Virus record (IMG/VR): IMGVR_UViG_3300026290_000001
Source: a virus
Length of the DNA stretch: 64,000 nucleotides
Strand: one strand, 5' to 3'
In this document: in pieces, positions 32,900 to 42,795 of the stretch
Numbering within the stretch: the first letter of the stretch is position 1
Layout of the letters: every line of letters begins with the position of its first letter
Translations under genes and position numbers: made by a program
The notes under the pieces: generated by a model
Database searches by the model: none
Told to the model about the DNA's origin: nothing
The model's input: the letters and a program-made list of their open reading frames with translations, nothing else

Positions 32900-33376
32900 T
32901 TATTGAAATTCCGTAGACCTGTACCCAATATATGCACCTGAATAATAATCATTTACAGAAAAATCTGCCATATCATAAAATTCTAATTTCCCTAAACCAA
33001 TATCTCTTGAATAATTCATTAATTCATCAATCTGATTTATTAAGAAATCATACCTTAAAAAACCATGATCTGTTTTAATCAAAGAATTATGAGAAATCAC
33101 GTAAAAATAAATAGATCCATTTTTATAAGACATACCTTTTGCTCTATAATTAAAAGATGTTGTTATGAATGTTTTAGGTGTTGTTTCAATAGTGGGTATG
33201 TACTTGTATGGATATATATTTTCGTAAATTAAACTACTGGCATCGAAATCTTCTGGTAAAGGTATATCTAAAAAATTAGATTCATTATTAACCAAGCATT
33301 TTACAATTTCTTGATCTTCAATTAATTTTGAAAGAATAATATATTTATTTGTACTAAGTTCAGCAAATCGTCCCAT
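32900..33376 (-). CDS. hypothetical protein (neck/tail-completion position)
   Basis: 158-aa ORF. Call rests on position only. Confidence 0.35.
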   Translation of the reverse strand: MGRFAELSTNKYIILSKLIEDQEIVKCLVNNESNFLDIPLPEDFDASSLIYENIYPYKYIPTIETTPKTFITTSFNYRAKGMSYKNGSIYFYVISHNSLIKTDHGFLRYDFLINQIDELMNYSRDIGLGKLEFYDMADFSVNDYYSGAYIGYRSTEFQ

Positions 33377-33393
33377 TAGATACCCCCCTTTAC

Positions 33394-34566
33394 CTAAAAT
33401 AAATTCCTTATCATAATTCTAAATGCTGGTGTTACAAGACTTCCGCTTTCATTCCTTGCAAAAAGCTTTACATATCCAATAGTACTTCCAGCAGTTATCA
33501 CACAACTATCAGTATCATAACTTGATATAGTTGCTAAATTTGTATTACTCACACCATCATCACTTTTTAGATAAAATAGCATATCTCCAGGCACAATAAT
33601 TCCATTATCACGAACAATACAATTATAATTAGATGATTTACCTTTTATAATTGAATCACTTCCAATAATTTCTGCTGTAATATTGTGTTGGACTTCTTCA
33701 ACCACGGTTACGGTAATACTATCACTTACCCCATTGGCACTTGCAGTTATTGTACAACCACCTGTTTTTATAGCAGTTACCAAACCTGTACTGCTAACTG
33801 TGCAAATTCCTTCGTTTGAACTGATATAGGATAGGGCAGGGGAGGGAGATAATAAAAATTCATTATCATATACATTTACATTAAGTTGAAGGGTATCACC
33901 ATCTTGAAGATTTATGGTTGATCCGTTAAGGATTTCTATAGTGTAAGTGTGAGTTATAACTTCTTCAATGCAATATTCCATTTTTAATACTATTAGACCA
34001 GGCATGACTAAACGATTTATATCAATAACTCTATAATTATCATTTGATATAGAAAATACTTCGCCACGTTCAATCAAAGAAGTTATATTATCATTTTTAA
34101 TATAAACAATAATACTTGACTCAGGTATTGTTAAATATTTATTACTGTTATATCCCATTGAATATAAACGAACATTACCATCTATTACAACGGGATAATT
34201 ATATACAGTATTGTTTTTGTTTAAAGTTATATTTTGTGATGATAAATAAACTGTCCCAAATTCATAAACTGGATTAGTATCATCTATTCCAATGCACAAC
34301 CATGTTTTATTATCAAAAACAATTTTGTCCCCAACACTGATACTATCACCAGGTTTCATTAATACTTTTTTAATAAAATAATCATCAGTATCAATTACTT
34401 GTATGTCAGTTGTAAATATTGAATCATTAAAATATGCTGAACGATAGGATGGATTACTACTAAAATCTTTTGTTATAGAATTTTTCATATAATCAATTTG
34501 CCTATCGTTTATAGTATAACCATTGATTTTCAATTTTCGTTCATATAAATCCCAATTTGTAGTCAA
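33394..34566 (-). CDS. structural protein with Big_2 (bacterial Ig-like) domain
   Basis: ICTVSSTGLVTAIKTGGCTITASANGVSDSITVTV is a typical Big_2 signature. Confidence 0.55.
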   Translation of the reverse strand: MTTNWDLYERKLKINGYTINDRQIDYMKNSITKDFSSNPSYRSAYFNDSIFTTDIQVIDTDDYFIKKVLMKPGDSISVGDKIVFDNKTWLCIGIDDTNPVYEFGTVYLSSQNITLNKNNTVYNYPVVIDGNVRLYSMGYNSNKYLTIPESSIIVYIKNDNITSLIERGEVFSISNDNYRVIDINRLVMPGLIVLKMEYCIEEVITHTYTIEILNGSTINLQDGDTLQLNVNVYDNEFLLSPSPALSYISSNEGICTVSSTGLVTAIKTGGCTITASANGVSDSITVTVVEEVQHNITAEIIGSDSIIKGKSSNYNCIVRDNGIIVPGDMLFYLKSDDGVSNTNLATISSYDTDSCVITAGSTIGYVKLFARNESGSLVTPAFRIMIRNLF

Positions 34567-34590
34567 TAATCCACCCCCTTTTCATTTATT

Positions 34591-35124
34591 TTAATAAGCC
34601 TCAGGAATAAACTTTTTCCAAACAACTGTCGATTCAGAACCTTCTTTTTCACACCAGTAGTAATGTGGTGAAGCATAAACTACCACATTTCTCAACATAC
34701 TTGGAGTACCTAAAGAACCACTGGATAGTTTTTCTACATCATCTCCCCAAGATGCATTAGTGCAGTCTTCCGCAACTGCAACATCATTTCCGTCAGTACC
34801 TATAGTTTTATATTCAACCACAACAGTATCATCTTCTTTAGATGCTACAGCAGTTACTAATACAGAATTAGCATTTATAGCTTTTGCCAATTCTTCAACT
34901 GCCTTATCTGCTGTTAAAGTTTCTCCTAAAACAACTGCAATGTTTCCTTCTTGAGCATTCTCAGCAGCAACAACAAATTCATAAATTTCCGTTCCTCCGA
35001 TAGTAACTGTTTCTGCTACTACGGGAATTCCTTTAAAAGTAAGAGTAGCAGTAGCCTTGTGTGGATTTGTTGGGTGTTCTTCGCTAAACCATTTCTCCTG
35101 CAATTGCAAAGTTCCATATGCCAA
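34591..35124 (-). CDS. hypothetical structural protein
   Basis: 177 aa, Ala/Val/Glu-rich, in the head-tail region. No family recognised. Confidence 0.4.
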   Translation of the reverse strand: MAYGTLQLQEKWFSEEHPTNPHKATATLTFKGIPVVAETVTIGGTEIYEFVVAAENAQEGNIAVVLGETLTADKAVEELAKAINANSVLVTAVASKEDDTVVVEYKTIGTDGNDVAVAEDCTNASWGDDVEKLSSGSLGTPSMLRNVVVYASPHYYWCEKEGSESTVVWKKFIPEAY

Positions 35125-35149
35125 AATTAATTACCTCCTTTTCTTTATA

Positions 35150-35190
35150 AATAAAAAGGAGAGGGAAGGTTATTATCCTTCAAATTCTCC
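35150..35190 (-). terminator. intrinsic terminator (copy 1 of a repeated terminator module)
   Basis: Minus strand reads GGAGAATTTGAAGGATAATAACCTTCCCTCTCCTTTTTATTT. About 35 nt are nearly identical to 39369-39406. Confidence 0.6.
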
Positions 35191-35193
35191 TAG

Positions 35194-35514
35194 CTAGTTA
35201 TATTTATTTATCAATTTCTTAATAATATTAATACTCTTAAATACTTCTCGTTTTATCTCACTATGAGAATATTGATTTTCAGACAACGCTTGCAATGTTG
35301 CTATTAAAGATAAAAAACTAGCATCTTTTTTTAACTTCAAAATCAAATCCTTACTGCCCGTCAACTCAAGAATAAGACTATCCAAATATGATTTTAAAGT
35401 TTCTGGTTCTGACTCACTTATTGGAAGGATTTTGTACACACGACCAATCAAGAAATTCAGATAATTTAGAAAGAATTCATTGTCAATAATATTATCAATA
35501 TGTACTTTAACCAT
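35194..35514 (-). CDS. hypothetical protein
   Basis: 106-aa ORF whose start overlaps the upstream stop (ATGA). No motif recognised. Confidence 0.4.
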   Translation of the reverse strand: MVKVHIDNIIDNEFFLNYLNFLIGRVYKILPISESEPETLKSYLDSLILELTGSKDLILKLKKDASFLSLIATLQALSENQYSHSEIKREVFKSINIIKKLINKYN

Positions 35515-35969
35515 TATGAATCACCATAGGTATATAAAGTATAATCTACTATCATCCTTGAAATCTCTTTATCTAGTTCTTGTGCTAAAACCGTAAGTCT
35601 CAATAAATGTTCTGCCTGGGACGTTAATTTGAAATCCTTCGTTGTCATCCTTTGTTGCAATAATTCAAGATTATAAATCTTATCATTCAACCAATATTTT
35701 CTCATTATTGTAGCAAGAATTAATTTTTCTTCTTCTGTAAGAGTTTCATTAAATTTACCTTCAATTGCTTCTCCAGTTTCACTTTCATCTTCACTAACTG
35801 GTTCAACCCTATCATTTAAATCTTTCTCACATGCTTTAAACCTTGTTATTGCCTTTAATAGTAATCCGTGTAAAATATCATCTCTTTCAGATTCCGTAAA
35901 ATCTAAAAGAGAATCATCTTTTATATCACTAAGAAACATATTATATATTTCAGAATATAGTGAGGACAT
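35514..35969 (-). CDS. hypothetical protein (head-tail joining position)
   Basis: 151-aa acidic ORF downstream of the capsid genes. Call rests on position only. Confidence 0.3.
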   Translation of the reverse strand: MSSLYSEIYNMFLSDIKDDSLLDFTESERDDILHGLLLKAITRFKACEKDLNDRVEPVSEDESETGEAIEGKFNETLTEEEKLILATIMRKYWLNDKIYNLELLQQRMTTKDFKLTSQAEHLLRLTVLAQELDKEISRMIVDYTLYTYGDS

Positions 35970-35983
35970 TATCTTTGCCCCCT

Positions 35984-36706
35984 TTATTTAATGTTGATAA
36001 AATTGTCAACAGGTTTACCTTCAGGTTGTAAAAGAATATCCAATTCAATACCCATTGATTCTTCGATATAATTCTTTATTTTAATAGAATCCAATTCACC
36101 ACTTTTAATCATTTTTGCCGCTTGTTCGACCACTGAATTCTTATATCCACTAGGTAATTTATCAAACTTTTTCTTAAATGAATTAAAATCAAGTCTTAAA
36201 ATATCAGATACATTATTCAATCCAAGAATTTCTTCATAATGTTTGAAAATGTTTGCATATTTCAAAATTTCAATTTCATCATCTTCTATTACTCTAATCC
36301 AAGGCTCTCGTATAAATCTTGAGTCAGTATTTTTAAGATCAATAAATTCACCAAGTTCTATATTATTTGTATCTCCAGGGTTTTCCCAAACAATTTTATA
36401 ACCAATTTTACGTTTGGATTTATAAATCAATCTACCACTGGATATATTTTTTAAGCAAATCATACGATTAAGATCTGGTTTCCAAGGTTCTTCTTTTGGT
36501 TGGATATTTTTTTTAGATGTTTGAGAAGGTTTAGATTCAAGTTGGGAAGTATCGGTATTCAATTCTAAACTTTTTTTAATTCCTTCTACCTGTTCATCAT
36601 CTAGTTTAGTCATGTGACTTTTTACTTCATATCCTAAATCTTGTGCTGTTTCAATAATCTTTTTATTCTCAATATCTAGTTCCTTTGCCAATTCAAATAC
36701 TTTCAT
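35984..36706 (-). CDS. protein with IF2-N/Rho-N-like N-terminal helical motif
   Basis: Likely start at the ATG at 36704-36706. MKVFELAKELDIENKKIIETAQDLGYEVKSHMTKLDDEQ resembles the IF2 N-terminal (vyELAKEL..lG..vks) motif. Function in the virion is unknown. Confidence 0.4.
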   Translation of the reverse strand: MKVFELAKELDIENKKIIETAQDLGYEVKSHMTKLDDEQVEGIKKSLELNTDTSQLESKPSQTSKKNIQPKEEPWKPDLNRMICLKNISSGRLIYKSKRKIGYKIVWENPGDTNNIELGEFIDLKNTDSRFIREPWIRVIEDDEIEILKYANIFKHYEEILGLNNVSDILRLDFNSFKKKFDKLPSGYKNSVVEQAAKMIKSGELDSIKIKNYIEESMGIELDILLQPEGKPVDNFINIK

Positions 36707-36734
36707 ATTAAAATTTACTCCTCTCATTCTTTGC

Positions 36735-36761
36735 AATTAAAAAGAGGGGATTAACCCCTCT
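36735..36761 (-). terminator. intrinsic terminator after the major capsid gene
   Basis: Minus strand reads AGAGGGGTTAATCCCCTCTTTTTAA: a 7-bp GC-rich stem followed by a U-run. Confidence 0.75.
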
Positions 36762-36802
36762 AAATAATTACTATAAAATTATATTGATAATTTATAATTT
36801 AA

Positions 36803-37801
36803 TTAGTCAGATATTTGATATCTGCCATAAAGGTCAGTAATTACAATACCAGTACCGTACCGAGTAGCTGCAAAGTAATCTTGGGTCAAATCTTGGTTGG
36901 CAAGTGCATCACCACTGATAATTCTCATTTCACCTTCGGTTACAAATTTTACAGGTTTTGCATCAACGGATACTATATAAAGATCACTTTCAGAAAGTTT
37001 GAAATTATATGTACCAACGGTGTGAACCTGTTTGATTCTCATCATAGGAGTACCATTAAAGTTACCATAATAACCCATTTTGTACATATCATCTTTTGCA
37101 GCATCAGCTATAATAGCAGTAGTTACTTTCCGTAGTGCTTTTCTAGTTCCTGCAATCATGGCAGATTTGCCAGTGGCGGCTTCAACGTGTTCAATTACAT
37201 CAAGTAAATCTTCTTCATCAAAAGAACCATTGTCGGTGAATCCAGCAGGTAAACCAGAGAAAGCACCAGTGAAAGCGGTGTAAATATCATCGTTAATTTT
37301 CAGTTTGAAAGCCTTATCTAATGCTTCAAGCATTTCGTTAAAGTCTACACGTCCGGCGAGTAAACGAGAAAGATGTTCGTATATTTTGATGCCTTTCCAA
37401 GAGGTGGTGATAGAAACATTAGTTCCAACATCTAAACGCTGTCTACGTAGAGATTGAGTTCCATCGGCAATTTCTGAAATTACCAACATGGTGCGGTCTG
37501 GCGCATAGAAACTATTCTGATCACCAAGGGCAAGGTTCTTATATTCCACAAAATTTTCAAAGAAATTATCATCAGGAAGTCCTTCAAGGACAGTGTTTTG
37601 AAGAATCTCTTCTAATATTTCAAACATTGCTACGCCATTTCTACGGAATGATTTATAATCCAATTTGGTAGAACCACCATTGAGTTCTATAAAATGTTGG
37701 CGCAATGCCTCTGTTGCATCGGATTTACTAAATTTATCATGTGAAAATTTATTTTTATAAATATCTTTCGCTAATTTTACCAAAGTTTTATTATCTTCCA
37801 T
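36803..37801 (-). CDS. major capsid protein
   Basis: 332 aa with a strong RBS (AAAGGAGGAA) and its own terminator. Lies downstream of the portal and scaffold-like genes. Sequence style (..GTQSLRRQRLDVG..TAFTGAF..AMIAGTRKAL..) fits HK97-fold capsid proteins. Confidence 0.75.
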   Translation of the reverse strand: MEDNKTLVKLAKDIYKNKFSHDKFSKSDATEALRQHFIELNGGSTKLDYKSFRRNGVAMFEILEEILQNTVLEGLPDDNFFENFVEYKNLALGDQNSFYAPDRTMLVISEIADGTQSLRRQRLDVGTNVSITTSWKGIKIYEHLSRLLAGRVDFNEMLEALDKAFKLKINDDIYTAFTGAFSGLPAGFTDNGSFDEEDLLDVIEHVEAATGKSAMIAGTRKALRKVTTAIIADAAKDDMYKMGYYGNFNGTPMMRIKQVHTVGTYNFKLSESDLYIVSVDAKPVKFVTEGEMRIISGDALANQDLTQDYFAATRYGTGIVITDLYGRYQISD

Positions 37802-37838
37802 TTAATTTATTCCTCCTTTATTTATATTAATAGATTAA

Positions 37839-38369
37839 TTATCTAACACTAATCATCTCTACCACATTAAGATACTTCGAACCATTGTAGATTTCTCTTG
37901 CAATGATTTTTCCATAGAAAACTTCACTCTTAGCAATGTTGGCTACTTCTGCCCACTTAACACCTGTGGCGTCAGGAGCAACATAGGAATTAACTGCGGG
38001 GATGCCACTACCACTGCTAATCGGAGTAATGCAATCATCGCTGATACTAAAAGTGTCACCAACTTCAAGAGGTATTAGAGTAATATTCGCACCTGCGGCA
38101 TTTTGAAACTTGTCTAATGCCTGACCAGATTTCGTTGATTCATCATAGATGATTTCTGGACTGGCTACAAGGTAACAATTAGGAGTAGTTTCACCCCCAG
38201 GTGCCACACACTTCCAGAGTTCTCTTTCTCCCGTAATTAGGGAATGCAATTTTACGATACATCCATTGTCAATAGCAGTAGGATCAGCACCTACATAGTA
38301 CCGTCCACTCTTGATATTACCTGCTTTAGTAGCCTTGATTGCGTCTGTTCTTACGATTCCGTATGCCAT
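37839..38369 (-). CDS. head protein (scaffold or decoration candidate)
   Basis: 176-aa ORF immediately upstream of the capsid gene. No family recognised. Confidence 0.35.
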   Translation of the reverse strand: MAYGIVRTDAIKATKAGNIKSGRYYVGADPTAIDNGCIVKLHSLITGERELWKCVAPGGETTPNCYLVASPEIIYDESTKSGQALDKFQNAAGANITLIPLEVGDTFSISDDCITPISSGSGIPAVNSYVAPDATGVKWAEVANIAKSEVFYGKIIAREIYNGSKYLNVVEMISVR

Positions 38370-38385
38370 ATTATAAATTCCTCCT

Positions 38386-39336
38386 TTAAATTTTTAGTTC
38401 ATTTTTTAAAATTTCCTCAATATTATCAAATTCCCAATAGGGAATACGAAGCAAAATTATATTATGCTTTTTACAATATTCATTTTTTAGTTCATCATGA
38501 ATTTGTAAAGTTTCAAACTCCTTCTTGGTCATCATACCTTTAACCCATTCATAATGTTGTTTCCCGTCATATTCAATCAACATTCTTAATTGGGTTTTTT
38601 CTTTGTCCCAAAATACAGGAACATCAAATTTAAGTAAACCTCCTCCAACGCCCTTTAAATCATCAAAAGTATATTGGGTGTGATGTGGAATATCATATTT
38701 TGTAAGTAAAATATCTAATTGTTTCTCTCCTTTAGATTCTGCACACTGGGAACAACCTCTATTATTGCAACTTCTACTGAATATTTTTGCTTTCCATTCA
38801 TACCCACATTCTAAACATTTCCACCAAGCGTACTTATTACAACCATAAGTTATATCATAGGGAGTTAAATCGCCATTTTTGGTAGGATGCCACTCTAAGG
38901 TTAGGTCTGGTCTTTTAGTAGCGAGACAGTTTGATAATGTTACTTGCGCCCCTACGCAAACACCACATCCATTACCACTATAAATACCACTCCAATCAGC
39001 TAGAAAAATTTCTCCACAATCTTCTTTTAAACATCTCCATTGCATTTTAGTTTTTGCATTGCTATAATTTGTACTTATTAACTCAAAAGGTTTATTATTT
39101 AATACACACCAATTTTTCATATTTTGAATTGTGTATGGATTAGAAACATCAAATTTCATTGGATTGCTTCTTAAAAATACCGATATACTTTGAAAATAAT
39201 AATAACTATCCATATCTTTAAATGTTAATTTTGAAAGCGCATTCTTATATTTCAAATCAATCAAAATATAACCTTTTGCTAATAAAGTTTCCTTCACTAA
39301 CTCATAAGTCCATTTAGTACCACTTGTATAACCCAT
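38386..39336 (-). CDS. free-standing endonuclease-like protein (zinc ribbons plus Vsr/DUF559-type PD-(D/E)xK C-terminus)
   Basis: Start placed at the ATG at 39334-39336 after GAGGAGG. Treble-clef repeats (WRCLKEDCGEIF, LEWHPTKNGDLTP..WWKCLECGYEWKA..CSQC). The C-terminus FDVPVF..MLIEYDGKQHY resembles the D..(I/V)E.DG..H endonuclease core. It interrupts the scaffold-capsid gene order. Confidence 0.55.
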   Translation of the reverse strand: MGYTSGTKWTYELVKETLLAKGYILIDLKYKNALSKLTFKDMDSYYYFQSISVFLRSNPMKFDVSNPYTIQNMKNWCVLNNKPFELISTNYSNAKTKMQWRCLKEDCGEIFLADWSGIYSGNGCGVCVGAQVTLSNCLATKRPDLTLEWHPTKNGDLTPYDITYGCNKYAWWKCLECGYEWKAKIFSRSCNNRGCSQCAESKGEKQLDILLTKYDIPHHTQYTFDDLKGVGGGLLKFDVPVFWDKEKTQLRMLIEYDGKQHYEWVKGMMTKKEFETLQIHDELKNEYCKKHNIILLRIPYWEFDNIEEILKNELKI

Positions 39337-39361
39337 AAATTCCTCCTCATCCTTGTTTACA

Positions 39362-39406
39362 AACAAAAATAAGGAGAGGGAAGGTTTTTATCCTTCAAAT
39401 CTCCTT
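39362..39406 (-). terminator. intrinsic terminator (copy 2 of the repeated terminator module)
   Basis: Minus strand reads AAGGAGATTTGAAGGATAAAAACCTTCCCTCTCCTTATTTTTG, nearly identical to the module at 35150-35190. Confidence 0.6.
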
Positions 39407-39483
39407 TTATATAAAGAGGTAGTGGGAACATACCCCACCAGGAGTAACCTCCAAATCTTAATTTCTTTTAATTTTTACTCTAC

Positions 39484-40950
39484 TTACTCTTTCTTCGAAT
39501 ACTTCTCTAAAAATTCATCAACTTTACTATGATTCTCTTCAATCTTCTTACTAAAATCCAACTTCACTTTATCATTTTTATTTTTCTCTTTTGGTTTTGA
39601 AAAATTATTAGCACTCTGAATACCTAAAATCATATAACACTCTTTTTCCAAATCTTTAATTTTAAATTCAGATGCGGTTTCTTTCAATTTTTCATATTCA
39701 GGAATACCTTGAAGTTTATCATCGAATCGAGAGAAAAGATTTTGTTCGGATTCTTTGCGTTCTTCGGCAAATTTTATTGCCTGATATTCACGCAGAGCAA
39801 TTACTTCTTCTTCTAGAGCAGAATAATTGTTTCTCATAATATCAATTGCTTCTTTTTCTTCTTTTGTAAGTCTATATTGGAAAAGTTCAATTCTTTCTCC
39901 CACAAAAGATACAACATCTTCTTCCTTTTTATATCCTTGACGATATATTTTTGTACCTTCCCAATTTTCATATTCAAAACGATCATCATAAACCTGATCA
40001 ATAAAATACCATTCATTATCTTCATCTTCCACGGGAGATAATAATTGATATAAAGCATATCTTATCTCTGAATGCGAAAGTTCAAAAGATTTGATGAATT
40101 TTTCTGGTTCGTTATTATCATCGTTTTCTGAATCTAAATCATTGGTAGAATACAATTCTTTTAATTTCTCCTCGATTTCCTCAAATTGCATCTCTTCTAT
40201 ATTAAAAGGTAATTCTTCTAAAGTTACCTTATATTCAGAAAGCAAAGCAATTATCTTTTCATCCACATTACTACCTCCTTTTTCAGTTTTATCTATATCA
40301 TAATTAGAAAGAGTATTTTTTAACTCTTCCATCATTAAGATAAACTTTTGTTTTGTATATTCTTCAAATGTTCCAGTAGTACCCAAAGCATTTTCCATAC
40401 CAGTACCAGAATCTTTATTTAAAAATGTAATACCTTGATATCTATAATCAGTTATATTAAACACCTTATCTTTTGCATTAAAAGTATATCCATCAATAAT
40501 AATTTCCATAGATAATTTTATATTTTCATCTCTTTCAATTATATCTTCTGCATAATTTGAGTACTCACGCCAAATATATGCATCCACAAAAACATAATTT
40601 TTGCCATTAAATTCTTTTATTTCATGATTACAATTTTCTGGCACAAGCCCAATTGGGGTTTCCTGAAATATTACTTTATATTCTCCTTCTTTTATCTTGT
40701 TGGGTTCTAAAGTCATATCATGGCCACCAAATTGAGGTTGTCCATCTTCATCAAAAATTACATTTGCAAGAATTGGAATGTTTTTTATAGAATCTTTTGC
40801 ATTTTCCATATCTGACACTATAAAATTACTCTTATTTGGGTTCACGCCATCATGACACACCCTTAATCGCATTTTTATAAATTTTTCAGAATCAAAAGAT
40901 TCATCCACTTCATATGTGGTAGCAAGTGAAAGATGTTGCAATTCATTCAA
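39484..40950 (-). CDS. scaffolding / capsid-maturation candidate
   Basis: 488 aa downstream of the portal. The C-terminal half is acidic and coiled-coil (EELPFNIEEMQFEEIEEKLKELY..), as in scaffold proteins. The N-terminal domain is unassigned. Confidence 0.4.
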   Translation of the reverse strand: MNELQHLSLATTYEVDESFDSEKFIKMRLRVCHDGVNPNKSNFIVSDMENAKDSIKNIPILANVIFDEDGQPQFGGHDMTLEPNKIKEGEYKVIFQETPIGLVPENCNHEIKEFNGKNYVFVDAYIWREYSNYAEDIIERDENIKLSMEIIIDGYTFNAKDKVFNITDYRYQGITFLNKDSGTGMENALGTTGTFEEYTKQKFILMMEELKNTLSNYDIDKTEKGGSNVDEKIIALLSEYKVTLEELPFNIEEMQFEEIEEKLKELYSTNDLDSENDDNNEPEKFIKSFELSHSEIRYALYQLLSPVEDEDNEWYFIDQVYDDRFEYENWEGTKIYRQGYKKEEDVVSFVGERIELFQYRLTKEEKEAIDIMRNNYSALEEEVIALREYQAIKFAEERKESEQNLFSRFDDKLQGIPEYEKLKETASEFKIKDLEKECYMILGIQSANNFSKPKEKNKNDKVKLDFSKKIEENHSKVDEFLEKYSKKE

Positions 40951-40969
40951 TACTTAATCACCACCTTTA

Positions 40970-41146
40970 CTAAAAAATCATTTTATTACTAAAAATAAAT
41001 TGCTTCTTATCTAGTTGATTGAAATCAAATGATATAGAAGAAGAATTCTCAAAAATAAATAAACTATCGGTAGAAACCAATAGTTTAAATCCATTTTGCA
41101 ACAATTTATTTTTTAGTTCTTGATTAAAACAGTGAATAAACTTCAC
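40970..41146 (-). CDS. small hypothetical protein (58 aa, GTG start)
   Basis: Not in the ORF track. GTG at 41144-41146 lies 9 nt after AAGGAGG; translates VKFIHCFNQELKNKLLQNGFKLLVSTDSLFIFENSSSISFDFNQLDKKQFIFSNKMIF*. Confidence 0.35.
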   Translation of the reverse strand: MKFIHCFNQELKNKLLQNGFKLLVSTDSLFIFENSSSISFDFNQLDKKQFIFSNKMIF

Positions 41147-41181
41147 ATTAGGATACCTCCTTCTTTAAATTAAATATTTAA

Positions 41182-42708
41182 TTATGTCCTATTATCAGGA
41201 TTATTACTATCAACCACCTGACCTGCTTCTGTTGATCCTTCTATATTATCCCCCTTACTTTTTGCCCCACCTTTATTAGAATCCTGATAAGCTGATTTAA
41301 GTGGCACAAATTTATCCGTAATTTTCATCACATCATTTTCAAGTAGTATCGAATTCATCACATCAGAAGGAGATAGTCCCAAAGACGCACAATAATGACG
41401 TTTTACTGGAAGTCCAACTGTACTTGCTTCTCTATACATAGTTGCTAATTCATTTTTGTTATATCTTGTAATGTCCAAGAAAGTAACCTTGAAATTTATT
41501 TTTTTATTTTCATCTTTCAATCTGCGATTTATCCATCTCTCAAATTGCCGTAATAATTGAAATACAGTTGCTTCATCACTCATAATGGCTTTGTTCAAGG
41601 CGGCACCAGATGCTTTATCACTATTAAAAATAAGTTTTGGTACACCAGCCGAATTATAAATTGAATTCTCTGCCAAACTTACTCCATCTAACTCTCTTTC
41701 ACTTTTATTAAGTTTAATGGATTCTACGGAATCAAAAGGGGATAATGCGATTCCGATTTGATTAGGTAAATTACTACCCATAAGCTGATAGTACTCTTTG
41801 GCAATATCTAAACTTAAGGCGAAATTATTGGCAGAATCATCACTTTTGTTATATGGAATCTTAGCAATAAGTAGTAAATAGTTTTCTAATTCAGTTTTAG
41901 ACATCTGAATATCCTTATACTCATAAAGTGAATAAATATCTTCAAATATTCCCGCCAAAGGTGGTATAGAATAATCGGTGTTAGATATTTTAATGCAAAT
42001 AGTTTTACTAGAATCTAACTCTTGCCATTTCATATTCTTTCTATCTTTTTTATAAATTTCATATTTTTCTCTAAATTCAGGAGCATACCTTTCTAAATCT
42101 TTTGGATAGGTGTCAAAATAATTGAACGAAAAACTGTAATTGTAGCACCCATCCTCAATACTACTTATAGCACAATAATCAGGGTTTAATAAATCAAAAA
42201 AGAAAGAATTTTTAGTTGAATAAATATACCCATACGCAACATCATCTATAAATGCCCTATATGTTAATTTTGAAAATTCATGTTTAATATTCATTGTTTC
42301 TAATAAATTTAATGTTGTTATATATTTTTTTTCTATTGTTGTAATTAAATCTTTAGTAATTTCATAATCAGTTTGGTTATATATATCTACCACATAATCA
42401 AAAGTTAACATTGTGGAAAAATAATCAATTAATCTTCTATAATGAGAAGAACTATCTAACAAAAACCTTGATAAATCTCTTAGTTTCTTTTCATATTTAT
42501 GAGGATTTGCTAACCATGCAATTACATCATTTTTTGAAAATGTTTTATTAAAAGTAGAATTTGGTTGAGTATTATTTAAATCTTTTTTTATGTATTTTGC
42601 AAACTCAGCAAAATGAAGCATCATACGTTGAAACTGCATATCTTCTTTACTTAATGGTACATCGGTTTTAATAATTTCTTCTTTAATATCTGTTTTAGTA
42701 TCTGTCAA
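41182..42708 (-). CDS. portal protein
   Basis: 508 aa immediately downstream of the large terminase. Size and position are canonical, but no signature was checked. Confidence 0.65.
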   Translation of the reverse strand: MTDTKTDIKEEIIKTDVPLSKEDMQFQRMMLHFAEFAKYIKKDLNNTQPNSTFNKTFSKNDVIAWLANPHKYEKKLRDLSRFLLDSSSHYRRLIDYFSTMLTFDYVVDIYNQTDYEITKDLITTIEKKYITTLNLLETMNIKHEFSKLTYRAFIDDVAYGYIYSTKNSFFFDLLNPDYCAISSIEDGCYNYSFSFNYFDTYPKDLERYAPEFREKYEIYKKDRKNMKWQELDSSKTICIKISNTDYSIPPLAGIFEDIYSLYEYKDIQMSKTELENYLLLIAKIPYNKSDDSANNFALSLDIAKEYYQLMGSNLPNQIGIALSPFDSVESIKLNKSERELDGVSLAENSIYNSAGVPKLIFNSDKASGAALNKAIMSDEATVFQLLRQFERWINRRLKDENKKINFKVTFLDITRYNKNELATMYREASTVGLPVKRHYCASLGLSPSDVMNSILLENDVMKITDKFVPLKSAYQDSNKGGAKSKGDNIEGSTEAGQVVDSNNPDNRT

Positions 42709-42795
42709 TAAAATTACACCACCTTTCTATGTGAAATTTATATTTATGTTTATTGATTTGTTATTTATATAATTAATTATATTTTTATTTTGTTA

